Positions 18,261-20,000 of a stretch of 20,000 bases of DNA are shown here, piece after piece (within the stretch, counting starts at the first letter, position 1; each line of letters starts with the position of its first letter). The DNA lies in contig JBKOZJ010000008.1 in the NCBI GenBank assembly GCA_046725875.1, positions 45,663 to 65,662 of the forward strand, written 5' to 3'. The position numbers and the translations under genes were made by a program. This DNA comes from Actinomycetota bacterium (GTDB taxonomy: Bacteria; Actinomycetota; Actinomycetes; JAKEEW01). Under the pieces are notes generated by a model. That model searched no databases. It was not told where the DNA came from and saw only the letters and a list, made by a program, of their open reading frames with translations.

Positions 18261-19061
18261 ATGCCCATTGCGCCCCGCGCGTGGCTCTTCTCAGTAGTGA
18301 CATCGACGGCGGTCCTCGCGGCCTGCGGCGGGGATGGCGACATGGCCCAGCCCGCGGGAAGCCAAAGCGGTAGTCAAAACCCGAAGGGCACGATCACGGT
18401 GTTCGCGGCCGCCTCGCTGACGGACGCGTTCCAGAGGCTAGGCGAGGAGTTCGAGGCCGCTCATCCTGGCACGACGGTTGACTTCGACTTCGGCGGCTCC
18501 TCGGCGCTGCTTGAGCAGATCTTGTCCGGCGCGCCGGCCGACGTGTTCGCCTCCGCCAGTGAGTCGAACATGCAGGCCGCTGTCGACGCGGGGGCAGTGG
18601 TGGGAGAGGCGATCCCATTCGTGACCAACCAGCTGCAGATCGCGGTACCGGCCGACAATCCGGCCAGCGTGACCGGCCTTGCCGACTTCGCCAAGCCCAA
18701 CTTGCTCATCGGGCTATGTGCCGAGGAGGTGCCATGTGGTGAGTTCAGCCGGGAGGCACTAAGCAAGGCGCGGCTCATGCCGTCGGTGGACACTAAGGAG
18801 GCCGACGTCCGCAGTCTGCTCACCAAGATCGAAGCCGGCGAGCTCGATGCCGGTATCGTCTACCGGACCGATGTGCTCGCCGCGGGCGACAAGGTGCTCG
18901 GCATCGACATACCGCCGGAGCAGAACGTGGTCGCCGTATATCCGATCGCCTCGCTCAAATCGGCGAAGAATGGCGCGACGGCCAGGGCATTCGTGTCGTT
19001 CGTACTGTCGGCCGAGGGACTGGCGATCCTGCGCTCATTCGGATTCGGCCCGCCGACGTGA
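18261..19061 (+). CDS. modA: Molybdate ABC transporter substrate-binding lipoprotein
   Basis: GGAGGAG RBS, lipobox LAAC, VFAAASLTDAF, GAPADVFASA, VPCG and DAGIVYRTD motifs. Confidence 0.95.
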   Translation: MPIAPRAWLFSVVTSTAVLAACGGDGDMAQPAGSQSGSQNPKGTITVFAAASLTDAFQRLGEEFEAAHPGTTVDFDFGGSSALLEQILSGAPADVFASASESNMQAAVDAGAVVGEAIPFVTNQLQIAVPADNPASVTGLADFAKPNLLIGLCAEEVPCGEFSREALSKARLMPSVDTKEADVRSLLTKIEAGELDAGIVYRTDVLAAGDKVLGIDIPPEQNVVAVYPIASLKSAKNGATARAFVSFVLSAEGLAILRSFGFGPPT

Positions 19062-19136
19062 ATGGCCGCGCCCTGATGTGTAGCCGTCTTGCTCAGCCAG
19101 GAACCTGTCTTGATCACTGAAGGAGGATCGAGTCGG

Positions 19137-19976
19137 TTGAGAACGCGCGCGCCCCTCAATTCAGGGCTCGGGACCCACGGACGGTTACGGCGGGTGGGAC
19201 CCCGCGCGCCGTGGCCGCTTGTCCCCTTCGCCGTAATTGCAGTCGCGTTCCTCGTCCTGCCGCTCGTCGCGCTGCTGCAGCGGATCCCGTGGACCGGGCT
19301 GCGGGACGTGCTCCACCAACCAGTGGTCACGAACGCGGTTCGGCTGTCATTGGTGAGCTCGCTGCTCGCGACCGCGGTGGCACTGCTCCTCGGCATACCG
19401 CTGGCCTGGGTGCTCGCCCGGATGCGGTTCCGTGGTCGATCGGTGCTGCGTGCACTGGTCCTGCTGCCGATGGTGCTGCCCCCCGTGGTCGGCGGTGCCG
19501 CGCTGCTCTTTGCGCTCGGCCGCCGCGGGCTGCTGGGCGAGCCGTTGTACGACGGGATCGGGGTTCTGCTCCCCTTCTCGATCTGGGGAGTCGTCGTAGC
19601 AAACGCCTTCGTCGCGATGCCATTCCTCGTCATCACGGTCGAGGCCGGACTCCGCTCGGTCGATCAGCGCTACGAGGACGCGGCGGCGACGCTTGGCGCC
19701 ACCCAGTGGACCACGTTCCGCCGGGTCACGGCGCCGATGGCGGCGCCGTCTATCGTCGCGGGAACCGTCCTCTGCTGGGCCCGGGCGCTGGGTGAGTTCG
19801 GCGCCACCATCACCTTCGCCGGCAGCCTCCAGGGCAAGACACAGACGATGCCCATCGCGATCTATCTCCGGCTCGAGCAGGGAGACCGGAACGCCGCGCT
19901 TGCGATGAGTCTCGTCCTGATCGTGGTATCGCTCGCGGTGCTGGTTCCGCTGCGCGACCGCTGGCTGGCCGCCTAA
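19137..19976 (+). CDS. modB: Molybdate ABC transporter permease
   Basis: LPMVLPPVVGG, EAA loop (YEDAAATLGA), WARALGEFGATITFAGS and TQTMPIAIY motifs. TTG at 19137 was chosen as start because GAAGGAGG lies 10 nt upstream. Confidence 0.93.
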   Translation: MRTRAPLNSGLGTHGRLRRVGPRAPWPLVPFAVIAVAFLVLPLVALLQRIPWTGLRDVLHQPVVTNAVRLSLVSSLLATAVALLLGIPLAWVLARMRFRGRSVLRALVLLPMVLPPVVGGAALLFALGRRGLLGEPLYDGIGVLLPFSIWGVVVANAFVAMPFLVITVEAGLRSVDQRYEDAAATLGATQWTTFRRVTAPMAAPSIVAGTVLCWARALGEFGATITFAGSLQGKTQTMPIAIYLRLEQGDRNAALAMSLVLIVVSLAVLVPLRDRWLAA

Positions 19977-19995
19977 GGAGGAGCAGAGCGAGGCG

Positions 19996-20000
19996 ATGTT
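19996..20000 (+). CDS. Probable start of the next mod gene (ModC ATPase expected), truncated by the window end
   Basis: ATG at 19996 follows the purine-rich AAGGAGGAG...GAGG stretch immediately after modB. The identity is inferred only from operon order. Confidence 0.35.

Overview
High-GC actinobacterial chromosome segment, mostly conserved core synteny. The minus strand carries mfd, a SurA-like lipoprotein, mazG, DUF885, eno, ftsB/divIC, DUF501, ppx, a HAAS-domain remnant, udgB, an ndh-like pseudogene and a cfa-like methyltransferase. Towards the left end lie a plus-strand tRNA-Leu(UAA) (the bldA tRNA), a minus-strand Bax-inhibitor-1/YccA gene and the 3' end of a plus-strand DUF4287-like gene. 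Divergent from mfd is a molybdate uptake operon (HTH-TOBE regulator, modA, modB, probable modC start). I found no CRISPR array, transposase, integrase or phage gene, and no clearly new multi-gene system. The non-routine signals are: (1) an ~800 bp gap between eno and divIC holding a 153-bp imperfect palindrome built from four 42-bp-spaced GATC...TGTGC units plus a 66-bp-period tandem repeat; (2) a perfect BldD-box match upstream of bldA, with the only in-frame TTA codon I found lying in the modB 5' end; (3) two decayed genes flanking udgB. All calls come from reading the sequence by eye; no searches were run.
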